A stretch of 64,000 bases of DNA from Octopus bimaculoides. Taxonomy: Eukaryota. Under the pieces are notes generated by a model. The model searched no databases, was not told the DNA's origin, and saw only the letters and a list, made by a program, of their open reading frames with translations. The stretch lies in contig NC_068992.1 in the NCBI RefSeq assembly GCF_001194135.2, positions 17,805,834 to 17,869,833 on the forward strand, given 5' to 3'. Shown here piece after piece: positions 13,732-25,681 of this stretch (position 1 is the stretch's first letter; every line of letters starts with the position of its first letter). Both the position numbers and the translations under genes were made by a program.

Positions 13732-14147
13732 CATTCCTACTCTTGGCACAAGGCCTGACATTTATGAGGAGAGGGGGCAGTCGATTAGATCGACCTCAGT
13801 ACGCAGCTGGTACTTAATTTATCGACCCTGAAAGGATGGAAGGCAAAATCGACCATGGTGGGATTTGAACTCACTACGTCAAGACAGACGAAAGCACGGC
13901 TTGCTAACGTTTATTATTTCTTTACTACCCACAAGGGGCTACACACAGAGGGGACAAACAAGGACAGACAAACGGATTAAGTCGATTACATCGACCCCAG
14001 TGCGTAACTGACACTTATTCAGTAAACCCCGAAAGGATGAAAAGCAAAGTCGACCTCGGCGGAATTTGAACTTACAACGTCAAGACAGACGAAAAATGCT
14101 AAGCATTTGTCACGGCGTGCTAACGTCTCTGCCAGCTCGCCACCTTA
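13732..14147 (-). mobile_element. Dimeric tRNA/Deu-Nin-like SINE, family C
   Basis: Two units on the minus strand, each with a B-box-like GTTCAAAT and a ..TTTCATCCTTTCGGGG..AAGT...CAG-type domain. Junction reads GTAAAGAAATAATAAACGTTAGC. Confidence 0.8.
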
Positions 14148-14647
14148 CGAGCGCAGAAATATAAAATGACAACGGCAAGAATAGCAACACAAGAATCAGA
14201 TGAGACACATATGCACTCACATGAGCTGGCATGGTTCTATGGGTAAAGAGATCGCTCTGGAACCCTTGGTTTTATATATATATATATATACTCACTTGGA
14301 AATACATGTGTTCAATCATATGATAATATAAATAATATAATATATATTTGCATATATACATACATGTATGTACATACTTACATATATATGTCTATACATA
14401 TAGGGCATAACGAGGTGAGGTGGCGAATGCTGGAGGAACAAGCTTTGACAGGAGAAAAGATAGAAGAGGAGACAGACAAGAATGCGTGTGATCTATGTGG
14501 CAGATCAAAAAGAAAGAAAGAAGCTCAAGTTAGGAAAAGAAAGATGGCCGATGGTCACGTGTAAGCAACGAGAGTGTAAAGAGGAAGAGTGGGAAAGAGA
14601 GCGGAACAGATAGCGAACGGTGAAGGGGAGAGGAAAAGAATTAGAGA

Positions 14648-14679
<32 letters not shown>

Positions 14680-15632
14680 NNNNNNNNNNNNNNNNNNNNN
14701 NNNNNNNNNNNNNNNNNNNNNNNNNNNNNNNNNNNNNNNNNNNNNNNNNNNNNNNNNNNNNNNNNNNNNNNNNNNNNNNNNNNNNNNNNNNNNNNNNNNN
14801 NNNNNNNNNNNNNNNNNNNNNNNNNNNNNNNNNNNNNNNNNNNNNNNNNNNNNNNNNNNNNNNNNNNNNNNNNNNNNNNNNNNNNNNNNNNNNNNNNNNN
14901 NNNNNNNNNNNNNNNNNNNNNNNNNNNNNNNNNNNNNNNNNNNNNNNNNNNNNNNNNNNNNNNNNNNNNNNNNNNNNNNNNNNNNNNNNNNNNNNNNNNN
15001 NNNNNNNNNNNNNNNNNNNNNNNNNNNNNNNNNNNNNNNNNNNNNNNNNNNNNNNNNNNNNNNNNNNNNNNNNNNNNNNNNNNNNNNNNNNNNNNNNNNN
15101 NNNNNNNNNNNNNNNNNNNNNNNNNNNNNNNNNNNNNNNNNNNNNNNNNNNNNNNNNNNNNNNNNNNNNNNNNNNNNNNNNNNNNNNNNNNNNNNNNNNN
15201 NNNNNNNNNNNNNNNNNNNNNNNNNNNNNNNNNNNNNNNNNNNNNNNNNNNNNNNNNNNNNNNNNNNNNNNNNNNNNNNNNNNNNNNNNNNNNNNNNNNN
15301 NNNNNNNNNNNNNNNNNNNNNNNNNNNNNNNNNNNNNNNNNNNNNNNNNNNNNNNNNNNNNNNNNNNNNNNNNNNNNNNNNNNNNNNNNNNNNNNNNNNN
15401 NNNNNNNNNNNNNNNNNNNNNNNNNNNNNNNNNNNNNNNNNNNNNNNNNNNNNNNNNNNNNNNNNNNNNNNNNNNNNNNNNNNNNNNNNNNNNNNNNNNN
15501 NNNNNNNNNNNNNNNNNNNNNNNNNNNNNNNNNNNNNNNNNNNNNNNNNNNNNNNNNNNNNNNNNNNNNNNNNNNNNNNNNNNNNNNNNNNNNNNNNNNN
15601 NNNNNNNNNNNNNNNNNNNNNNNNNNNNNNNN

Positions 15633-15664
<32 letters not shown>

Positions 15665-16217
15665 ACATATGTGTGTGTGTGTATGTGTGCGTGCGTGCAC
15701 ACGTGTGTGTATATATACGTGTATAACGCTATTTTTTTAAATCGAAATAATCTATGCGTACGTAAAATATTTAGATGAAATATTTCAGGAATAGATTGGA
15801 TTAATTAGATTAATTGAATTGGGTTTTTATTGAAGTGCAACAACAATAATATCACCACCACCACCACTAACAACAACAACAACATCACCCCATCACTAAG
15901 AACAACAATAACAGCAACTACAACAACAACAACAACAATAGCGCCAATTATATAAATAGCGGCAACGTTGCAAAACAATTTTGTTTTGTCCTGGAAGCTA
16001 TGTTAAACGTCGAAATAAATCAACAACACTAAATACGACTTCAAAAGGATAATACACACACACACTCACTCACACACACACACACATACACACACACACA
16101 CACACATGCGCGCACACACGCACAAATACACACGCACACACACACGCACACACGCACACACACACACACGCGCGTACACACACATTTACTCAAACATATT
16201 TTATAAGCAAAAGGTTG

Positions 16218-16293
16218 ACAGTGATTTCAAAGTTTCGGTTAGGTTGCCATCACTGTCTGATGAGGCAAACAAGTCGAAACTTCGAAGTTACTA
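16218..16293 (+). ncRNA. Minimal hammerhead core within an imperfect inverted duplication
   Basis: CTGATGA 16257-63, helix II GGC/GTC with loop AAACAA, GAAA 16276-79, palindromic AACTTCGAAGTT giving helix III and a GTT triplet. The downstream helix I is only 2 bp, but upstream ACAGTGAT/ATCACTGT forms 8 bp. Confidence 0.55.
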
Positions 16294-16766
16294 CCGACCT
16301 TTTCCAGGTAATTTTCAAAAAAAGTATGGTGCGGTCATTCAGTTTAATGTCAAGCAGATTTATGCATAAATATACATAAAAGCAAACGGATAACCTTCAG
16401 GCTTTCCTATGCAAAAGTTTCTTTTTAACACAATATGCACTTGCTATTACTTATTGCTTTATCCACTTTGAGTTTCAATGTTAAAACGAATCATTTCACC
16501 ATTTTGTGTTTCTCGACGCTTCGATGTTGTGAAAAACATTAAACTATATTTATTTGTGTTGTTTGTGTGACACTGGTTCACAAGGAATAACTGAAGTACA
16601 TCTCAATAATTCGCATTAGTGAAGTTTACATTAAAGAGTAAGTACAGATAATTATATAATATTTAGGGTTAGAACGTAAAATGAATTTTTTAGATAAGGC
16701 CGGAACAATGAGAGATGAACAACAAATTAAACCACAAAAAAGAAAAGAGAAAAACAGTTGCTGTTT

Positions 16767-16813
16767 TGTCGTATATTTCGATATTTTGGGGTTATGACCG
16801 CTTCTTCAGGACA
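16767..16813 (-). ncRNA. Degenerate hammerhead-like motif
   Basis: On the minus strand: TGTC-CTGAAGA...GAAA-TATAC-GACA. Helix I TGTC/GACA is intact, helix II is poorly paired and the cleavage register is off by 1 nt. Confidence 0.3.
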
Positions 16814-17120
16814 GGTAGTGAAATGAGGGATAGAAGAGGTAGTTGTTCGGATGTGAGTGTGTGTGGAGGGTGATGGTGATAAGCGCAGACTGGTGTCGTT
16901 ATAGTAACCAGTCTGCTTCGTGTAGCTCTTTTCTGTTGTTAACTGTTAGTTTCAGTTGATAACACCAGCCTGCGTATGTCACCATTCTCTCTCAAAAATC
17001 TGAGCAACGATTTATTTCTCTGCATATCCTGACGAATGGGTTATATATATATATGCAGGTATATTATGTATACATATATATATATACTCGGTCATAACGT
17101 CTTACGTTTAAGATGATTCC

Positions 17121-17219
17121 CATGCATTCCCTGAAGAGAAGGTTACAATTTTAACATCACAGATCCCTATGGATCACATAGGTTGTAATCCTTTGAAACA
17201 TATGTAGGAATAAAGTATG
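17121..17219 (+). ncRNA. Type I hammerhead ribozyme, structurally complete, extended helix II
   Basis: Helix I CATGC-ATTCC pairs with GGAAT-(AAA bulge)-GTATG. Core CTGAAGA 17131-37. Helix II GAAGG/CCTTT extended by TTACAATT/GGTTGTAA. GAAA 17195-98. Palindromic helix III ACATATGT. GTA triplet, predicted cleavage after 17206. Confidence 0.8.
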
Positions 17220-17535
17220 CAATTATAACATGCGTTTTCTCCATTCCTTAAATTTTTAAATATACTCAAATACCCAAAATTTCAAGGAGTTCGTGCCTTA
17301 AAAACAGCAACTACACCACAGTTATTTTGAGTTCTTTGCTACATTGGTTTCTATTAACCCATTTATTCTATCCGAAGAATTTTNNNNNNNNNNAAGACTT
17401 TAAAGTCATGTCAATGCTTTATTTGTAAAAATTAATAAATATGTCGTCCACTAAAAAGTATGGAGCGATCCTTCGGTTTCATATCAGACTGTTTTATATA
17501 GAACTACAGATAAAAAGGAACACTAATACCTGCAC

Positions 17536-17567
<32 letters not shown>

Positions 17568-19358
17568 ATATATGTGTTTGTGTGTATATATACGTATATG
17601 TACATATAGGTATATGTGTGTTTATATGTTTGTATGTGCATCTGTGCGCTTGTGTGTAATTGAAGATAGACATATTGAAATGGAATAAAAGAAGACTAAT
17701 GTTGATAGCATTATGGGAAACAGACAGGCAGCGGGAAAGGATGTTTCATAGGAATGGTATACGCAGACATTCACACATACATATATGCATACACATGCAG
17801 GCTTATTTTTCTCTGCCTCTCTCTCAATTCAAATACTGCCCCCCTCACTAACACACCACATATTCACAGACGCACGCAAAACACACGAATGCACACGCAC
17901 ACAGACACATTTGCAAAATATATATGTACTTATATAGATGTACTTTTGTATATATGTATACATATATATATACATATATATATATATGTATGTATGTAAG
18001 CGAGATGTGGGTGTATTTATATATACACACACAAACATCGGAAAGGAGGCTGCATACAGATATCTAAATATACATATATGCATGTACACACACACACACA
18101 CACACACGCACACACACGCATATATATATGTATACATATATGTATGTATATATGTATATTTATATATATATATATATACATATATTTATATGTATGTACG
18201 TATATATGCATCTACTCATTTATTATTTGTATGTATATATATATATATATGTATANNNNNNNNNNNNNNNNNNNNNNNNNNNNNNNNNNNNNNNNNNNNN
18301 NNNNNNNNNNNNNNNNNNNNNNNNNNNNNNNNNNNNNNNNNNNNNNNNNNNNNNNNNNNNNNNNNNNNNNNNNNNNNNNNNNNNNNNNNNNNNNNNNNNN
18401 NNNNNNNNNNNNNNNNNNNNNNNNNNNNNNNNNNNNNNNNNNNNNNNNNNNNNNNNNNNNNNNNNNNNNNNNNNNNNNNNNNNNNNNNNNNNNNNNNNNN
18501 NNNNNNNNNNNNNNNNNNNNNNNNNNNNNNNNNNNNNNNNNNNNNNNNNNNNNNNNNNNNNNNNNNNNNNNNNNNNNNNNNNNNNNNNNNNNNNNNNNNN
18601 NNNNNNNNNNNNNNNNNNNNNNNNNNNNNNNNNNNNNNNNNNNNNNNNNNNNNNNNNNNNNNNNNNNNNNNNNNNNNNNNNNNNNNNNNNNNNNNNNNNN
18701 NNNNNNNNNNNNNNNNNNNNNNNNNNNNNNNNNNNNNNNNNNNNNNNNNNNNNNNNNNNNNNNNNNNNNNNNNNNNNNNNNNNNNNNNNNNNNNNNNNNN
18801 NNNNNNNNNNNNNNNNNNNNNNNNNNNNNNNNNNNNNNNNNNNNNNNNNNNNNNNNNNNNNNNNNNNNNNNNNNNNNNNNNNNNNNNNNNNNNNNNNNNN
18901 NNNNNNNNNNNNNNNNNNNNNNNNNNNNNNNNNNNNNNNNNNNNNNNNNNNNNNNNNNNNNNNNNNNNNNNNNNNNNNNNNNNNNNNNNNNNNNNNNNNN
19001 NNNNNNNNNNNNNNNNTATATATATATATACATATACATAGATACGGTGGTCGTCTGCACGATTCATATTGGATAATTAGGTGGATGGAATTGTCATAGT
19101 TCTATACACACGTACACAGATACGCACACGCACTCACAAACACGCATGCACGCACGCACACACGCACGCAAGTGTGTGTATGTGTATACACTCATATTCA
19201 TGTATATGTATATCATTGTACAAATACATAAATGTATATATTCACACATACATACACACAGAGCGTATAGACTCATATTATATATATGCATGTAACTGTA
19301 CAAATACATAAATATATATATACACACACACGTGCACACAAATACAAACACGCATACA

Positions 19359-19393
<35 letters not shown>

Positions 19394-20528
19394 GTGTCTG
19401 TATGTATATACACTCATATTCATATATATGTATATAATTGTACATTTACATAAACGTATATATACACACACGCACGCACGCACACTCACACTTATGGTAT
19501 ATCTATGAATGTATGTATTTGCGTGTGTGTATGCGCGTGTATGTATTTAAGTAGGAATAAAATGAGAAGTAAAAGAGTTTATATAGCTATAGAGTAATTT
19601 TTTTCCCTCTTATCTTTCTATATATATTGTCCATATCAGACCGCAAAGTTTCTGAAGCAGCAACACAACAACAGGTACTGCAACAGCTAGAAGAGTAATA
19701 AAACCAACAACTGGAAACAACAACAGGTACAACAACAACAACTAGAAGAATAGGTATAAGAGAGCAACAGCAACAAGAGAAACTCCAACCATGACAATGG
19801 TGACGACTAAAGAAAAATAGTTTGGAACGAAATTTGATTTAACAATTTGATGGAAGTTATAGATTTGTAATAATTCAATTTCTGTATTGACTGTGTTGCT
19901 GCTACAGGTATGTGTAATTGATTATTGATACTTATTGGTAAAAAAGAAATGACAATCAATAAGGCAGACATTCGTGCAGTTTTTTTTTTTTATTGCCAGC
20001 TTCACCCATTCATTGACGTGCTATTTTGAGATTGTATTCCCGTCCGCCATCGCTGGCATCACTACTGTTACTTCCACCTACGACCCAACACACCACCACA
20101 AACATATCACCACCCACATCCCCACCACGACAGCATTTTATTCATTCTGTTACACTGAAGTCAAACAGACACGTTTTGAGACACTCATTTTTACGTTAGC
20201 TCACATGAAAGTCTTGAAAAGCCAAAAAAAAAAAGAAACAAAAAGAAACAAATAAAGAACAAAAAAACCCTAAAAGGACGAAAGTATGAATACAAACAAA
20301 CATCCCAAATTGCTTCAGCGTACAATTATATGTGAATTTGGCGAAAAATGCTGGAGAATAGTGGAAGAATTTAAATCAATATGGCGCTGAAAATGAGAAA
20401 TAGCTCATACGTTTCTATTGACTGATTTCTAAACAAAGTTACAATTATAGCAATGAAATTATGTATGTATTTATGCATGTATGTACATACGTATATATCT
20501 ACGTATGCTATATATTTGCATATAGCTA

Positions 20529-20559
<31 letters not shown>

Positions 20560-20638
20560 GCATATATGCATGTGTGCATGTTTGTAAGTATTTAAACACA
20601 CACACGTATATATATATATGTGTGTGTGAGTGTGTGTG

Positions 20639-20693
<55 letters not shown>

Positions 20694-21197
20694 CTTTATT
20701 TATCTATATTTATTTACGGAGGTAAGCATGACTGAAAGGTGAAAAAGTTTGCTTCTATTCCATTGAGTAATGTCTAGGTATTTAGCACACATGGATGCCT
20801 GATACACACTGATTAAGCATTTTGCGATATAGAACTCAATACTAAATATAGGCTGAAGTGATATTTTTTCTTTATCTTGAATAATGACATTTATTTTTAT
20901 CAGTCTCGCCTTATTGTTTCATTAGACTGCACGAAGAACCTACATGACGGAATCTACTAGAAATTGTTGCCGTTTATGATGTCTGTACTTATATTCATCC
21001 ATGTACCAATCTATCGATTTATCCACACACACACGCACACACACACGCACGCGCACATACACACAGATGTATGTACATATATTTATACATACACACGCTC
21101 TCACTCACATGCTCGCGCACACACACACACATATTTATGCACGTATATTTATGCAAACACATTCACTCACGCACACGCACACACACAGACACACATC

Positions 21198-21486
21198 ATG
21201 GATTCCCCCGTCGTTAGACAACGTATGGGAGTTCGGCAATTTCTGGTTGAACAACAACACAAATGATTTGTTTATATTGTGCACGTTAGCTCACTCCCTC
21301 CGTCAGATCGACATTACCTGTACAGGTGCAAAAGTGTGCCACATGTCAGGTGATGAAATGATCGGAGAGCAGCATGAAATAAAGTGCTTTGTTCAAGAGC
21401 ACAATGCAACGCCCGGTCTGGGAATCGAAACCACGATCTCGCGATCGTGATTGCAAAACCCTAACCACTAAGCCATGCGCCTTCAT
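21198..21486 (-). mobile_element. tRNA/CORE-like SINE, family D
   Basis: On the minus strand: A-box TGGCTTAGTGG, B-box GGTTTCGATTCC, CORE-like GTGCTCTTGAACAAAGCACTTTATTTCATG. Confidence 0.8.
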
Positions 21487-21604
21487 ACAGACACACACAC
21501 ACAAACGCGCGCGCGCGCACACACACACACACACAAACACACATTCTCAGTCTACTGAGATGATTTGAAAACATGAAACCAATTAACTTATCGGTATATC
21601 TTTT

Positions 21605-21694
21605 CTACTCCTCTGATGAAATTTTGCCTAATATAATGATTTAATTTTCATAATTTAATCTTTTCGACTAAATTGAAACAGCTGTAAGAGAATA
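21605..21694 (+). ncRNA. Type I hammerhead-like motif with long helix II (partly decayed)
   Basis: CTGATGA 21613-19, AATTT/AAATT helix II base, GAAA 21675-78, palindromic ACAGCTGT, GTA triplet. Helix I TACTCCT vs AGAGAATA is imperfect. Confidence 0.55.
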
Positions 21695-22389
21695 TGTTGG
21701 ATTTTTGTAGATGATAAATTATATTAACGTTATATCTCCATTTTCTAATTTATATATACATTCATCCATACTAATTTGATGCATTCATAGTAATAATCCA
21801 GTAATTTAGACGTCCTTACAATTATAGACACTCGCTATCTCTTGTTAGACACCAGTTTCTTATCACCCATAAATACCACAAAAGTTTGAATAGGTATTAT
21901 AGTAAGGTTAACCTTAAAAAAATAGTATAATCAAATAGTAAAATGACTTATTATATTAATTCTGTCTCGTTTCATTTGTAAGGTTAATGATCAGCAACAA
22001 TTGTCTCAACATAACTTGGAGCATTACTGGTAGGAACCTTCTATACATAATTTGATTACGTAATTGAAGGCTCTGCCTATCTAAGACATTGCATTTTCTA
22101 ATTCCTCAGGTGCTATTCATTACTAGTACCTCCAAAATTATCAAAATTATCTCTTGCCACGCACAAACATTTATCTTGGACTAATTTCAAAGAACTAAAT
22201 AAAAAAAATCGATTCCATAGTAAGTCCCTAGCTATGGAAAGTTAAGCCCGATCAAACTGCCGCCTTTATAGTTTATTTGTGCCGTCCAAATCTAGCAATT
22301 TCTTGTACTAATCTTATAAAAATAGATCAGTCATCAACAATTTGAATTAGGACATGCGATATATCCTTAAATGTAACTTAGATATGAGA

Positions 22390-22471
22390 AAAACGCCTCC
22401 AGCAAAACGTCTCCAGCAAAACGTCTCCAGCAAAACGTCTCCAGCAAAACGTCTCCAGCAAAACGCCTCCA
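22390..22471. repeat. 14-bp minisatellite x~6 (AAAACG[T/C]CTCCAGC)
   Basis: Head-to-tail units. The first and last carry C, the four inner units carry T. Confidence 0.95.
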
Positions 22472-22742
22472 ATAACACATGGCAAAAATCTGCTCGTGCC
22501 TGTGAAACGCTGACTAATGGTCGTGGATTAAATAGCTGTCTCCAGATATTTCCTCTATGTAACGTATTGAGAGATCTTCATGTGCTATTTGCACACATGC
22601 TCAAAGTTGTGCGTATATATCAATACATACAAATACACATATATACATATTCACACCTACAGGCACATCCACACACATATGCATATATATATATATATAT
22701 ATCATTGTGTCTGGGGAGAGTCATTCTCTTTTGGTGCCTTAT

Positions 22743-22962
22743 TAATTTAACATACTCATCGATTTCCACTCATTTATATATTTTTCCTAAAATTTTCGTT
22801 GCGATTTGCAACCTTTTCAATAGTCGTTGACTATGTCCGTTATCGGACGCATTTCCGATAATGGACAGAGTCAATGACTAGTGAAAAGGTTGCCAGTTAC
22901 AACGAGAATTTTAGTAACAATAAATAAGTAAATGAGTAGAAATCGATGAGTATGTTAAATTA
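22743..22962. repeat. ~220-bp imperfect palindrome (foldback/MITE-like)
   Basis: 22743-22846 is the reverse complement of 22855-22962 (roughly 85% by eye), with an 8-nt spacer ACGCATTT. Confidence 0.85.
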
Positions 22963-23213
22963 TACACTCATACACACACATACAATATATATATGTACAT
23001 ATTTAATATTTGTGTATACATAAATACATATATGTATGTATATATACACACATATATATATGTATATATACACACATATATATAAGAAATAATTAAGTTT
23101 CAGTTGAATTAGGTACATAAGTTCAGGCACCAAGTCAGTCCAGTATTATCTGTACAGCTCGAAATAAGCTGAATAAAAAGCAAATAGTGTGACAAGGATG
23201 TAAAGGTATTACT

Positions 23214-23298
23214 GCACTACGGCCGTTTCAGGCAGCTCCATTTAATCGAACAATCCAAGCATTACATCAGTTTGAAATACACCGCCTTCCTCGGATGT
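23214..23298 (-). ncRNA. Type I hammerhead-like motif, long helix II, core U4C variant
   Basis: On the minus strand: ACAT-CCGAGGA-AGGCGG...CTGCCT-GAAA-CGGCCG-TA-GTGC. 6-bp helix II base, palindromic ACGGCCGT, 3-bp helix I. Confidence 0.55.
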
Positions 23299-23632
23299 CT
23301 AAGACCATATACATTTTCAACATACAGGTTACTCCATTGTAATTTTTAGCAAATATTTCATCAGAACTAGAGAATAAAAGAATTACATGCTTGCTGCTAC
23401 TATTGTAGTAGAATGAACTTAGGGAGAAAATACCGCAACTATTATTTGGATTGGTAGAGGCGAATAACAATGTGGGTTATGAGATATTAATATAGCTACA
23501 ATTATTTCTATCTCCTTATCACTATATCAAAAGATCTAATATAGCTAGTATGCTACGTCCACTAAGAATTAAAACCACTGGGAATTGACAGTTAAGTTCT
23601 TGTTGCTGATAATAAATTAATTACTGCCAAAT

Positions 23633-23936
23633 ACTCTTTTACTCTTTTACTCTTTTACTTGATTCAGTCATTTGACTGCGGCCATGCTGGAGCACCGCCT
23701 TTAGTCGAGCAAATCGACCCCAGGACTTATTCTTTGTAAGCCTAGTACTTATTCTATCGGTCTCTTTTGCCGAACCGCTAAGTTACGGGGACATAAACAC
23801 ACCAGCAGCGGTTGTCAAGCGATGTTGGGGGGGGGACACACACAGACACACAAACATATACATACACATACATATATATATATATATATATACATATATA
23901 CGACGGGCTTCTTTCAGTTTCCGTCTACCAAATCCA
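23633..23936 (-). mobile_element. SINE family B (3' two-thirds, cut by a gap)
   Basis: Homologous to 56655-57072; (GTAAAAGA)n tail; internal TA/CA microsatellite. Confidence 0.9.
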
Positions 23937-24798
23937 NNNNNNNNNNNNNNNNNNNNNNNNNNNNNNNNNNNNNNNNNNNNNNNNNNNNNNNNNNNNNNNN
24001 NNNNNNNNNNNNNNNNNNNNNNNNNNNNNNNNNNNNNNNNNNNNNNNNNNNNNNNNNNNNNNNNNNNNNNNNNNNNNNNNNNNNNNNNNNNNNNNNNNNN
24101 NNNNNNNNNNNNNNNNNNNNNNNNNNNNNNNNNNNNNNNNNNNNNNNNNNNNNNNNNNNNNNNNNNNNNNNNNNNNNNNNNNNNNNNNNNNNNNNNNNNN
24201 NNNNNNNNNNNNNNNNNNNNNNNNNNNNNNNNNNNNNNNNNNNNNNNNNNNNNNNNNNNNNNNNNNNNNNNNNNNNNNNNNNNNNNNNNNNNNNNNNNNN
24301 NNNNNNNNNNNNNNNNNNNNNNNNNNNNNNNNNNNNNNNNNNNNNNNNNNNNNNNNNNNNNNNNNNNNNNNNNNNNNNNNNNNNNNNNNNNNNNNNNNNN
24401 NNNNNNNNNNNNNNNNNNNNNNNNNNNNNNNNNNNNNNNNNNNNNNNNNNNNNNNNNNNNNNNNNNNNNNNNNNNNNNNNNNNNNNNNNNNNNNNNNNNN
24501 NNNNNNNNNNNNNNNNNNNNNNNNNNNNNNNNNNNNNNNNNNNNNNNNNNNNNNNNNNNNNNNNNNNNNNNNNNNNNNNNNNNNNNNNNNNNNNNNNNNN
24601 NNNNNNNNNNNNNNNNNNNNNNNNNNNNNNNNNNNNNNNNNNNNNNNNNNNNNNNNNNNNNNNNNNNNNNNNNNNNNNNNNNNNNNNNNNNNNNNNNNNN
24701 NNNNNNNNNNNNNNNNNNNNNNNNNNNNNNNNNNNNNNNNNNNNNNNNNNNNNNNNNNNNNNNNNNNNNNNNNNNNNNNNNNNNNNNNNNNNNNNNNN

Positions 24799-24845
<47 letters not shown>

Positions 24846-25681
24846 CATATATGTGTACATATATATGCACATATGTGTATGTCATTCATGAATCATCTAA
24901 ATTCACGTCTTTTTATATTTTTTGTTTTGAAAGAACTTTAATTTTGTCAGCTAAGCATATTTATATGGATTCAGAGTCAATTTAAATGAAAATCCACCTT
25001 TTAAAAGCAAAAATTATCAAACAGCAATGGAAAAGATATAAACTTGAACGATTTCTTTTTTCACAATAAAATATATATAACAAAATAAAGAAATTCTTTA
25101 ATAGTAAATGAACAAACGAAAAAGACAAAACTAAAAAGAGAATTTTTGAAACACGAAAATGAAAAGACGAAAATGGAAAAAAATAAAATAAAAAAAGGTT
25201 AAATAACATAAAATAAAATTGAGATAAAATAAAAACGAAATTATAAAATTTAGTTTTCTGAAATTTATTGCCACATGGAATATAAACGGGATTAGTTTCA
25301 AAACAGGACATAATTGAGCGAATACAATTGCAAGGTTGAATAAACACTGTAAATTCAAAATCGTCATTAGAATGACGAGCTGGGAAAACGAATGCAAATC
25401 ATCTAATACTGCAGAGTGACAAAATTAGTCTTAATTGTGCAACAATGTCATTGTGCACGAGAAAAGTTATCGACGTGCTAAATGTAGCTTTTGTGTTCAA
25501 GAACCGGTTTCGCGTCTACTGGACATTTTGGAGAAATTAATTTATCTCATTTGCATTGCTAATGTTACTTAAAAATAGTATGAACATCACGAAATATTTT
25601 CATTCCTCTTGAAGGAAATTGTAGATTTTTCACTTAAGTAAGATTTAAAACAAAATATTATATAAAAAAAATATATGTATC

